A DNA stretch of 64,000 nt, from positions 96,001 through 160,000 of the IMG/VR virus record IMGVR_UViG_3300005288_000001; one strand, given 5' to 3'. Origin of the DNA: a virus. Below the pieces are notes generated by a model, which saw only the letters and a list, made by a program, of their open reading frames with translations, searched no databases and was not told the origin of the DNA. Each line of letters begins with the position of its first letter. Within the stretch, counting starts at the first letter, position 1. Made by a program: the position numbers and the translations under genes. Of the stretch, positions 46,782 through 54,807 are shown one piece after another.

Positions 46782-47364
46782 TAACATCGCCCAACTGTTA
46801 AAGAAGAATCACTATGAGCTGGCATCTATTCAAAGGAATAGTTCTATCTGGTTCGAAACTCAAGCATTCAAATTGCTGGATGTCAACGGAGTAGAAGCTA
46901 AATCAGCGCTCCAGGGTGACGCCCGAAAGCTAAAGACTACGTTTGATTTGGGTTCAATGTACTTCTTCCTGTATGACGCGAAGCACAAAGACAAGCTCCC
47001 ATACTACGACATGTTTCCATTGGTGTTGCCATTCAGCGTGACGAAGAACGGTTTTGTTGGATTGAACCTCCACTACCTTCCTTACGACATGCGAATTCGC
47101 CTGCTATCAAAGCTACAAGAATTCCGTACCAGTAACTCGCTCACACCTCAAAGCAAACTGCGTTTTCAATGGGAAACGCTCCAGTCGGTCGCGCGCGGGA
47201 AGGGAACTAAAGCCTGCGTCAAGCAATACCTTGGTGACCACGTTGGTTCACCTTTCCGTCTTGTGCCACCGGATGATTGGGCTACCGCGTGTATGCTTCC
47301 GCTTGAACGTTTCTCGGGCAGCGACAAATTCCAAGTCTGGTCTGATTCTCTAAGAAAACTATAA
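46774..47364 (+). CDS. gp2: DNA end protector protein
   Basis: YDAKHKDKLPYYD.FPLV and GLNLHYLP motifs. Confidence 0.95.
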   Translation: MADNIAQLLKKNHYELASIQRNSSIWFETQAFKLLDVNGVEAKSALQGDARKLKTTFDLGSMYFFLYDAKHKDKLPYYDMFPLVLPFSVTKNGFVGLNLHYLPYDMRIRLLSKLQEFRTSNSLTPQSKLRFQWETLQSVARGKGTKACVKQYLGDHVGSPFRLVPPDDWATACMLPLERFSGSDKFQVWSDSLRKL

Positions 47365-48515
47365 TGTCACTAAAAGACTTCATCGCTGCGTCTCGCCTAA
47401 TGGGAATCGCGAAGCCTAACCGCTTCACGGTTTACTTCCAAGCACCTAACACCCTGGCGAATGCAGGACCGTTCGCACCAAACGCGATGCAAAACATCGC
47501 TCTCTATTGCAATCGTGCTGAACTGCCAGGCATCTCAGTATCCACCACTGCAATTCGAACCACCGGTGAAGTGATGAACATCGCCTACGATCGAAACTTC
47601 GAACCGTTCTCGCTAACGTTCTACGCAGACATTGGCATGAACGCAAAGTATTTCTTCGAAGAATGGATCAATTCGATTCAGGATCGAAACGATCGCACGT
47701 TTGCCTACTATGACGACTATACTATCCCTAAGATGGTCATCGACGTAGAAACCGTAAAGAACGAGCCAACGTATCGCGTGGAAATGTACAAGGTCTTCCC
47801 TAAGTCGGTCAGCGGAGTTCAGCTTGACTACGCGAACAATGGTCTAATGGAGATTACCGTCACCTTTGAATACCGCAACTGGAAGTCCAAACAAGTTGTC
47901 GGTGGAGCTGAAACATCGTGGAGTAGTGATAGCACAGGTTTCAAGGATCGTTTCACCAATATCCAAGGCGGTCTAAGTCTGGGATTGGGCAAGTTCAACT
48001 TCCAAGGAAGTACACTAAGTCAAGTCGCTGTTCTTGGTAAGTCAGTTCTTGGTGGTGTTATTGGTCAAACCCAAGTCGCCTTCAACTCACTATCGAGCAG
48101 TATCTCAGGTCTGTCTAATCTTATCCCTGGTGGAATGAGCACCCCTGGAATCGTTAGTTCCATTACCGGAATGGCGTCGCAGGCTCGTGGTTACGCGAAC
48201 CAAACAGGCAACATGGGAATTCAACTATCTACTCCTGCGGGTATCAATATGAGTTCGTCTACTTTGACGAGCATTGGTGGTATGCTAGGGAACTTGAATA
48301 CGTCCCTTGGACCGGCTGGAGCTATTAGTAGTTCTATCGCTAACTTCAACCCTTCGTCTACGGGAGCTATCGTGTCACAACTAGGAACTATGCAGGGTCA
48401 ATTGAATAGTATTGGCTCCGCACTTGGTTCCACAAACTCGGCGATCAACGCAGGTATCCTGGTTGCTTCGCTAGGATCTAATACTGGAGTAGCCCTTAAT
48501 GGCCCAAGAGGATGA
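47364..48515 (+). CDS. gp54: Baseplate tail tube initiator (gp54-like) with a long Gly/Ser-rich C-terminal extension
   Basis: Tube-fold motifs AKPNRF.V, C..AELPG, FEEW and FPK..S...L.Y in the first ~175 aa. Confidence 0.8.
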   Translation: MSLKDFIAASRLMGIAKPNRFTVYFQAPNTLANAGPFAPNAMQNIALYCNRAELPGISVSTTAIRTTGEVMNIAYDRNFEPFSLTFYADIGMNAKYFFEEWINSIQDRNDRTFAYYDDYTIPKMVIDVETVKNEPTYRVEMYKVFPKSVSGVQLDYANNGLMEITVTFEYRNWKSKQVVGGAETSWSSDSTGFKDRFTNIQGGLSLGLGKFNFQGSTLSQVAVLGKSVLGGVIGQTQVAFNSLSSSISGLSNLIPGGMSTPGIVSSITGMASQARGYANQTGNMGIQLSTPAGINMSSSTLTSIGGMLGNLNTSLGPAGAISSSIANFNPSSTGAIVSQLGTMQGQLNSIGSALGSTNSAINAGILVASLGSNTGVALNGPRG

Positions 48516-48906
48516 TAAGCTAGACAACCCAAAGTCTCAGCACTGGATGCGATCATACTGGCGTCCGCTTATGGCGATGCAGTATCTGATCGTTTGTATT
48601 TTTGACTTCGTGGTTGCACCGATTGTATGGACAGCGTTCCAGGCATATCACCACCAAGCACTTCTAACACAATGGAATCCAACAACCTTGGGTTCCGGGG
48701 GAACTTATCACCTAGCAATGGGTGCGGTTCTTGGCGTTGCTGCCTGGACCCGTTCACTGGATAAGCAAGATGATATGATGCGTGGAGCTTATATGCGTGG
48801 CCAAAGTGGTGCCGGCATGTATGGAGGTGGCGCTGGTTATATGCCGCCTCGTCAACAACCAATGGGAGACCCACCTCCACGTAAACCACTGCAAGGTATG
48901 GAATAA
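48499..48906 (+). CDS. Putative holin (GTA 3TM holin-like)
   Basis: W...WRP motif followed by hydrophobic segments and AVLGVAAWTR. Confidence 0.65.
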   Translation: MAQEDDKLDNPKSQHWMRSYWRPLMAMQYLIVCIFDFVVAPIVWTAFQAYHHQALLTQWNPTTLGSGGTYHLAMGAVLGVAAWTRSLDKQDDMMRGAYMRGQSGAGMYGGGAGYMPPRQQPMGDPPPRKPLQGME

Positions 48907-49361
48907 TGACAGCACTAGATAAAAACTTGACTCAAATCTTTGACGTCGAACCTACAAAGATCGATGGTGAGTTGGTGGAAACACCTATTACGCCTATGGC
49001 AAATACGACGCCACCTGCGCCAGTCAATACTGACGATGCAGATATGGAAGCCGACTTCGAGAAGATGCGCCACAACCAAGAAGAGCTTATTCTCAAAGGT
49101 AAAATCGCCCTTGACTGCGCGCTGGACATCGTCCAACAATCTGATCAACCGCGCGCCATCGAAGTATTCTCTACTCTTCTTGGACAGCTATCTAAGATAA
49201 ACCAGGACGCGATGGACTTGCACGCAAAACGCCGTGACATTAAGAACGCTCGCCCTGAGTCTGAAGATGCTCCGAAGACCGTCAACAACAATGCTATCTT
49301 TGTTGGGACTACCTCGGAACTGAATAAGATGATTGAAAAGATGACAGGAACTAAACCCTAA
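48906..49361 (+). CDS. gp16: Terminase small subunit
   Basis: DF...R.N, PRAIEV and NNAIFVGTTSEL.K motifs. Confidence 0.88.
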   Translation: MTALDKNLTQIFDVEPTKIDGELVETPITPMANTTPPAPVNTDDADMEADFEKMRHNQEELILKGKIALDCALDIVQQSDQPRAIEVFSTLLGQLSKINQDAMDLHAKRRDIKNARPESEDAPKTVNNNAIFVGTTSELNKMIEKMTGTKP

Positions 49362-50065
49362 TGCTACCAAAGAAGTCTCCGACGATGTATGAACTGAAGG
49401 TGCCGTCAACCGGCGCCAAGATCAAATTTCGTCCCTATACGATCCGCGAAGAAAAACTGCTTATGTTGGCAGAGCAATCTGGCGAAATCGCAGTTATGGT
49501 TAACGCTCTCAAGGCAATCATCTCTGCATGTACCAACGAAAAAGTGAAGGTTGACGACCTAGCGGTCTTCGACCTAGAGTACATTATGGCCAAGCTGCGC
49601 TCAAAGTCGGTTGGGGAAACCGTGCGTCTGCAATTTGATTGCGAAGCCGACCCGAAGCATGATAAGGCAGTAGTTGATATGGACATGTCCAAGATCGAAG
49701 TTACTTTCACCGAAGGACACGATAAAGTCATCAAGTTGTATGACGACGTCGGTGTCATTATGCGTTATCCGAACATCGAGATGATGGAAGCCCTTGCAAA
49801 GATCGAAGAAAACCCTGACGTTATCTTCGGTATCATTTATGATTGCATCGAAACCATCTTCGATAAGGAAGAGATGCACAAGGCCAATGAACAGAAGCCA
49901 GAAGAGATCGCCGAGTTTATCGACAATCTCGAGAAGGTTGAGTTCAAGAAGCTTGAAAACTTCTTCCTAACGATGCCAAAGTTTCATCACACGATTGAAT
50001 ACAAGTGTCCAACGTGCGGCAAGGAACATAAGAAGTACGTAGCAGGGTTCGAGAATTTTTTCTAA
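49361..50065 (+). CDS. gp26: Baseplate hub assembly chaperone gp26-like
   Basis: LPK..P.YEL.VPS, FRPY..REEK.L, FDLEY...LR.KSVGE, CxxC and G..NFF end. Confidence 0.92.
   Translation: MLPKKSPTMYELKVPSTGAKIKFRPYTIREEKLLMLAEQSGEIAVMVNALKAIISACTNEKVKVDDLAVFDLEYIMAKLRSKSVGETVRLQFDCEADPKHDKAVVDMDMSKIEVTFTEGHDKVIKLYDDVGVIMRYPNIEMMEALAKIEENPDVIFGIIYDCIETIFDKEEMHKANEQKPEEIAEFIDNLEKVEFKKLENFFLTMPKFHHTIEYKCPTCGKEHKKYVAGFENFF
50056..50062 (+). other. Candidate -1 ribosomal frameshift heptamer T-TTT-TTC
   Basis: X-XXY-YYZ motif in the gp26 frame directly before the stop; the -1 frame encodes gp51-like sequence. Confidence 0.7.
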
Positions 50066-50247
50066 TAGCGCTCGCGCATGAAAATCTGTTCAACTTCTAC
50101 AAGACCAACTTTTCGATGATTCACCATCACGAATGGAGTCTCACTGAACTAGAGGACATGCTGCCTTTCGAGCGCGAACTTTATGTAGACATGCTTTTGA
50201 ACCATCTCGAAGAAGAACGTCAAAAACTGCAGGCTAACAAACAATAA
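50062..50247 (+). CDS. gp51: gp51-like hub assembly protein with no start at its conserved N-terminus; probably the C-terminus of a gp26-51 frameshift product
   Basis: LIALAHENLFNFYKTNFSMIHHHEWSLTELEDMLPFERELYVDMLLNHLEEERQK...; the first ATG (50116) is 18 codons into the conserved region. Confidence 0.8.
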   Translation, partial: LIALAHENLFNFYKTNFSMIHHHEWSLTELEDMLPFERELYVDMLLNHLEEERQKLQANKQ

Positions 50248-50252
50248 GAACT

Positions 50253-52064
50253 ATGGATAAGATTCTCAGCCGCCGCTCAAAGATCAAGGATTACACCGAC
50301 CTCAACGCGGTTAATCCTGGACGCACTATGGGGATGTACGACAATACCTGGGGTGCAGGTATGTATGGTGCATTCTACAGCCCACGTAACACCCGTCGTT
50401 TCGGCCATGGTGAAACCGCATCTAACGACGAACGTGTCGAAAAGATGCAGGCAAAGAAGGTTCAAGAAACCCTGTCTAACTCCCGTGACTACCTGCAGGA
50501 AATCAAGACTTCGCTTACAGAGAATCTGAAGAGTATCACCCGCAGTATCCTGGGTATTCAGAATAAGGAAGATAAGCATCGCGGCAAGGGTACGATCGGC
50601 GTTGAAGACCGCGATCAAATCCTCAAGACTATTCTGGGTCAAAAGGCATATGCCACGAGTTCGCAATACAAGCGTGCGGAAAGTATCAACGCTCGTGAAG
50701 AACTGCTACACAAGTTCAGCAAGCGAGGTATCGCTGATACGCTGTTCGGAGCACCACAACCAGGCACCGCGCGTGGAGTTCAACGTGAATACGATGATGC
50801 TCTGAAGCAATACCAACGCGATCGTATGATGCTTCAAGGAAAGCAACTGATCGAAACGTATGGTTCCAAAAGCAAGGCTGAGAAGCAGATCGCAAAGGAC
50901 TTCAAGCTTCAGCAAGATATCGGTCGTCAGATCAACGATACAAATAAGGAAGTAGAACGTCGCCGCAAGGCTGGGTGGACAGATGCCGACATCAACACTC
51001 CTGAAGCCGGGAAGATGATCGACAAGCTGAACAAACTGGTCGATCAATTCGCCAAGTACGACCCAACTAACACTGGACGTTTCCTGGAACGTGACGTAGA
51101 CGCAACGAAGAAGCCGAAGGATATGGTCTTGCCGACCGAACGCTTCCGCGCCAACCAAGCAGTCTACAAGGGTGACGTTCGTGAGGATAAGGTAGGTCCA
51201 GCACCGAAGGCTCTCCTACAATCGAAGGAAGAAGCAGACCACGAGGCTGAGGAAACGCACAAGAAGGATCAGGAAGAACAAGTCAAGCAAACTAACCTCC
51301 TAGATGATATCAAGGAAGCGTTGCTGAAGAACAAGCCAGTGGAAGGTTATAGCGACGGCAAGGCCGATCCTACAAGTCTGTTTGGTGGAATCATCAAGAG
51401 CCTATCAGCCTTGGCATCTGGTCTTATGACGATCGGAAGCACGCTACTATCTTCACTAGGTGGCCTTGGCCCAATTCTTGCCAGCTTGGGCGCTGTATTG
51501 GTACCGTTGGCCGCTGCCGCTGCGCTATTGGGCCTTGGTAAAGCAGAGAAAGAAAAGATCGAAGCCAATCCGAATGCTCCGGAATATGTGGATAATGCAT
51601 ACGCGATGAAGCTACGTGGTGAGGCAACGTCCGTCACACAAGGCACCAAAATCAACCAACAAAAAGCGCTCCGTAATTTGGCGCCTGGAGTTGCCAAGGA
51701 ATTGCTTGAAAACGGACAGCAAGATGAGAATGGTTTGATCGACGGCTATACGATGGACCAACTAATGGATATGCGCGACGGTAAAAAGCCATCGCATATG
51801 TCTGAGGTGCCGTTGGCTAAGAAGGCGAAATTGGAAGCAGCCCAAATCAAGTCGGTTCCGGCACAGTCCGGCGCAAAGTTGACAGAGGCTTCTACTGCCA
51901 ACGCCGACGCAAAACGAGAATCGTCAAAGGCAGCTATCAATGTAGTTGCCCCAACTACGAATAACACATCGGTATCTACCTCTGCACCGCCAGCGCCAAT
52001 GGGACCTGTACGAAGTACCGAGACTTCCATGGGCGACTATGTGAAACGTCGCTACGCGAACTAA
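50253..52064 (+). CDS. Probable tape measure protein (gp29-like)
   Basis: 603 aa, helical, with a hydrophobic segment and an INVVAPTTNNTS tail; position after 26/51. Confidence 0.7.
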   Translation: MDKILSRRSKIKDYTDLNAVNPGRTMGMYDNTWGAGMYGAFYSPRNTRRFGHGETASNDERVEKMQAKKVQETLSNSRDYLQEIKTSLTENLKSITRSILGIQNKEDKHRGKGTIGVEDRDQILKTILGQKAYATSSQYKRAESINAREELLHKFSKRGIADTLFGAPQPGTARGVQREYDDALKQYQRDRMMLQGKQLIETYGSKSKAEKQIAKDFKLQQDIGRQINDTNKEVERRRKAGWTDADINTPEAGKMIDKLNKLVDQFAKYDPTNTGRFLERDVDATKKPKDMVLPTERFRANQAVYKGDVREDKVGPAPKALLQSKEEADHEAEETHKKDQEEQVKQTNLLDDIKEALLKNKPVEGYSDGKADPTSLFGGIIKSLSALASGLMTIGSTLLSSLGGLGPILASLGAVLVPLAAAAALLGLGKAEKEKIEANPNAPEYVDNAYAMKLRGEATSVTQGTKINQQKALRNLAPGVAKELLENGQQDENGLIDGYTMDQLMDMRDGKKPSHMSEVPLAKKAKLEAAQIKSVPAQSGAKLTEASTANADAKRESSKAAINVVAPTTNNTSVSTSAPPAPMGPVRSTETSMGDYVKRRYAN

Positions 52065-52066
52065 CG

Positions 52067-52097
52067 AAAAAGGGTCCCGAAGGACCCTTTTGTTTTT
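52067..52097. terminator. Bidirectional rho-independent terminator
   Basis: AAAAAGGGTCC-CGAA-GGACCCTTTT between convergent operons. Confidence 0.92.
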
Positions 52098-52239
52098 ATG
52101 GATTGAAAGCGTATCGGAATCCATAGTGCCAGAGATCAAGACGGATAAACCACCGTCCTTCATTCTGGCCGAAACCAAAACGAACCATTCGATTGCCTTC
52201 CGACATAGGAAGGATCTCAAAGTTCTTTACTGGTTCCAT
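52096..52239 (-). CDS. Small hypothetical protein (47 aa)
   Basis: TAATG overlap with the gp32 stop; GAGGA SD; MEPVKNFEILPMSEGNRMVRFGFGQNEGRWFIRLDLWHYGFRYAFNP*. Confidence 0.6.
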   Translation of the reverse strand: MEPVKNFEILPMSEGNRMVRFGFGQNEGRWFIRLDLWHYGFRYAFNP

Positions 52240-53144
52240 TAGTCTTCCTCAGCCAGGCCACGGAAAAAGGCCAGGCTATCGTCATCATCATCCGAGACTT
52301 CTGCAGGCGCTGCCTTGGAAGGCTTTGCTGGAGCAGGTGCCGCACGAGCTGGTGCCGGAGCAGCCGCTGATGGCAGGTCTTCCTTATCAGCCGCACGATC
52401 AGCCGGAGCCGATTCGTTCATGACCGACAGGTACTTTGCCTTCAGTTCGTCATACGACTTGAACTTCGATGGATCAACGAACTCTTCGAGCTTGATGATG
52501 TTCTGAGCGATCTTCAGAATTTCCTCGTCATCACCGAGTGGTGCTGGCTCTGCGAACAGCGAACTGTCGTAGTTAGGGAACCCTTCAACCTTCTTCATAC
52601 GCAGCTTGAAGTCCGCGCCATCCCAATAGTCGAACACGTTAACTGGCGTTTCGTCAGCGAACGTTGGTTGTGCCTTGTCCATAATCTTGTCGAAGATCTT
52701 CTTGCCGAACTTGAACAGCTTCACTTGCCCTTCGTTCTCAGGGTGCTTCGGATCGCTGATGATCAAGACATTGGCAATGTACTGGAGCTTTCGCTTCTGC
52801 TTTTGCGCAATCTTCTTGTTTTCTTCGACGCCGGAGTTCCAGAGCTTCGAGTTTTGTTCTCCAACATAGTCAGTCAGACCGATGGTCGACAGCGAGTTTT
52901 CGATATACCACTTTCCACCAGGACCTTGGAAAGCATGGCTGAAAACCTTGACCCATGGAAGGCCATCGCCAGTTACGTTGAGGAAGCGAATCGTTGCAGA
53001 AGCGTTACCTGCCTTGTCAGCCTCAAGCTTCCAAAAGCGGTCGTCCTTGTACGATCCTTGGCCGGGGTTGGCGATCTTGTCGAAAGCCGTTGCGATCTTA
53101 GCAAAAGATTGGCCGCGCATTTTACGGAGTGTATTAATATCCAT
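52239..53144 (-). CDS. gp32: Single-stranded DNA-binding protein
   Basis: DDRFWK...DKAGN, HAFQGPGGKWYIENSL and FKFGKKIFDKI motifs; acidic tail; lacks the T4 zinc cysteines. Confidence 0.97.
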   Translation of the reverse strand: MDINTLRKMRGQSFAKIATAFDKIANPGQGSYKDDRFWKLEADKAGNASATIRFLNVTGDGLPWVKVFSHAFQGPGGKWYIENSLSTIGLTDYVGEQNSKLWNSGVEENKKIAQKQKRKLQYIANVLIISDPKHPENEGQVKLFKFGKKIFDKIMDKAQPTFADETPVNVFDYWDGADFKLRMKKVEGFPNYDSSLFAEPAPLGDDEEILKIAQNIIKLEEFVDPSKFKSYDELKAKYLSVMNESAPADRAADKEDLPSAAAPAPARAAPAPAKPSKAAPAEVSDDDDDSLAFFRGLAEED

Positions 53145-53216
53145 ATTGTCCTAAAGTGTAAAAGTATAAGATTAGTGTAAGTCATAATATAGAGCGCCGT
53201 CAGGAACTCCACCATG

Positions 53217-53224
53217 TATTTATA
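53217..53224 (-). promoter_or_regulatory. Late promoter TATAAATA for gene 32
   Basis: Perfect consensus, in the loop of a 10-bp stem. Confidence 0.8.
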
Positions 53225-53290
53225 CGGTAGAGTGGCAAATTTATCTAGCGTTACGGAGAGTTACTTCACAATAACGCGGGGCAAGCGACT

Positions 53291-53319
53291 ATTATACTAT
53301 ACAGTCGCTCTTTTGACAA
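53291..53319 (-). promoter_or_regulatory. Sigma70-type promoter for gene 32
   Basis: TTGTCA-N17-TATAAT. Confidence 0.85.
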
Positions 53320-53321
53320 GG

Positions 53322-53522
53322 CTATGTTCCATCAACTCGTTGCCATTGGTTATTCTCGTCAAGGAAGACTTCTGGTCCCTCGTCGACTTCTTTCCAATCG
53401 TCAGCGTTGAAATATTCATCGTACGAGTCAGCGTCGTGCTCGTTCAAAGTACGCATACCGACACCTTTTTGGTTGGGTCGATGCTTGAGCTTCTTCAGCT
53501 TTTTGTCTTCTCTTTCAGTCAT
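53322..53522 (-). CDS. Small hypothetical protein (basic N-terminus, acidic C-terminus)
   Basis: GAGG SD and ATGA overlap with gp59. Confidence 0.7.
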   Translation of the reverse strand: MTEREDKKLKKLKHRPNQKGVGMRTLNEHDADSYDEYFNADDWKEVDEGPEVFLDENNQWQRVDGT

Positions 53523-54127
53523 ACCTCTATTTGCAAGTCATCCTTGAACGACTCAATAACCTTCTGCACTCTTTCCTTGTTGAATTTGATAAATCTTTGC
53601 GACTTGTCTAGGCGACGAATCTGATCTTCGAAGAGGAAAGACATTGAGCCTTTCCAGTCCTTCAGATAATTTAGCTCCGAATTCAAAATCACCATTGAGT
53701 GGATGCAGATGTGACCACCAAGATACATGTTAAGAAGTAGTGGCGGACTTGCACCTTGGAATTGCATCAAGGCATTGCTTGGAATATTACGCTTTCGTGC
53801 AAACTCAAGCACATTCTCCAACTCCATTTCAAGAAGATGGGTTGCGCTTTGCGAACGCTTGGACCAAGTAGTGAAGTTGCTATCAGCCTGCTCTTGATTG
53901 AAGATGAAGTTGTCGTTCCCGGCCGCAAAATTAGCAATCATGTATGTCATTAGCTCAGGGGTGCTGGTGAAGCGTCCCGCAAACTTTTCCCACAGGTAGT
54001 GCTCGTTTCGCTTTAAAAACTTATCCTCGGGTACAAGTACGCGAGGATTATCAAAGACCGAGAACCGGTCTTCAGTATAGTGTTTCTTGAGAGCGAGGTA
54101 ATGCTGAAAGGCGCGATGCCCGTTCAT
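53519..54127 (-). CDS. gp59: Helicase loader
   Basis: AF..YLALK.H, F.KR and ANF motifs; 33-59-32 synteny. Confidence 0.85.
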   Translation of the reverse strand: MNGHRAFQHYLALKKHYTEDRFSVFDNPRVLVPEDKFLKRNEHYLWEKFAGRFTSTPELMTYMIANFAAGNDNFIFNQEQADSNFTTWSKRSQSATHLLEMELENVLEFARKRNIPSNALMQFQGASPPLLLNMYLGGHICIHSMVILNSELNYLKDWKGSMSFLFEDQIRRLDKSQRFIKFNKERVQKVIESFKDDLQIEV

Positions 54128-54345
54128 TACATCCCTTCAAGAGAAGCAACTTGAGGAAGAAGCCCGACGGAGCGCAATTCAACGGCCAACTTATCCTTGA
54201 GGGATTGGCTAACCATCGCCTTGATGTCATCGGGTTCGAGTGAATGCTCGTCACAGTACGCAAGAATTGCATCCATGAGAGTTAGATTATCGTCATACGC
54301 ACGCTGTTCAATGTGCGTAGAGAATTCGTTTGCTGAGTTAAACAT
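54127..54345 (-). CDS. gp33: Late transcription coactivator
   Basis: FS..IE, MDAIL.YC.E..LEP and SLK.KL motifs; start at ATG 54345. Confidence 0.85.
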   Translation of the reverse strand: MFNSANEFSTHIEQRAYDDNLTLMDAILAYCDEHSLEPDDIKAMVSQSLKDKLAVELRSVGLLPQVASLEGM

Positions 54346-54541
54346 TTGCCTGAAGGTTATGTTTCGGCACGGTGAAGAAGGGATAGTCGCCGTCTTCCTT
54401 GAGGGTGACGGAAATATGTTCGACGCCGGTGTAGCGGGTATCGTCAGAAGCCAGGCCGTAGTCGTATCTGGTGGACTTGTAAACGACAGTCCCCGCAGGG
54501 ACGTCATTCCGGGCGACACGTAATTTGTAAGATTGGCTCAT
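54338..54541 (-). CDS. Hypothetical protein
   Basis: Coupled ORF containing YDYGLASDDT and GDYPFFT. Confidence 0.7.
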   Translation of the reverse strand: MSQSYKLRVARNDVPAGTVVYKSTRYDYGLASDDTRYTGVEHISVTLKEDGDYPFFTVPKHNLQANV

Positions 54542-54807
54542 ACTTTCGCGATGAAATAGTTGACGCTCTTGAGCAGCCGTTCGACTTCACCATACTCTTC
54601 ATGCTTCTTGCGGAAAAGCACCCAGGTAGGATCATTGGACGACGTTAAGGGGTGCGACATTTTGTTGTCACACTTATCCAGGAACATGTCAATGAACTCG
54701 CTCAGCTTCTGTCTGCTATTTAGTAGCTCTTCTTGAATTGCTTCGAGCTCTTTACAGGTTCCATAGTTGTACGCATCAGCGATGCGACGATCCATTTTCG
54801 TGTACAT
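54538..54807 (-). CDS. Hypothetical protein
   Basis: Coupled ORF after the ligase. Confidence 0.7.
   Translation of the reverse strand: MYTKMDRRIADAYNYGTCKELEAIQEELLNSRQKLSEFIDMFLDKCDNKMSHPLTSSNDPTWVLFRKKHEEYGEVERLLKSVNYFIAKV

Noticed and set aside
52973-53215. 80-aa ORF starting 1 nt after the gene 32 late promoter
   Set aside because: The ATG is upstream of the expected start site, and the ORF overlaps gp32 out of frame.
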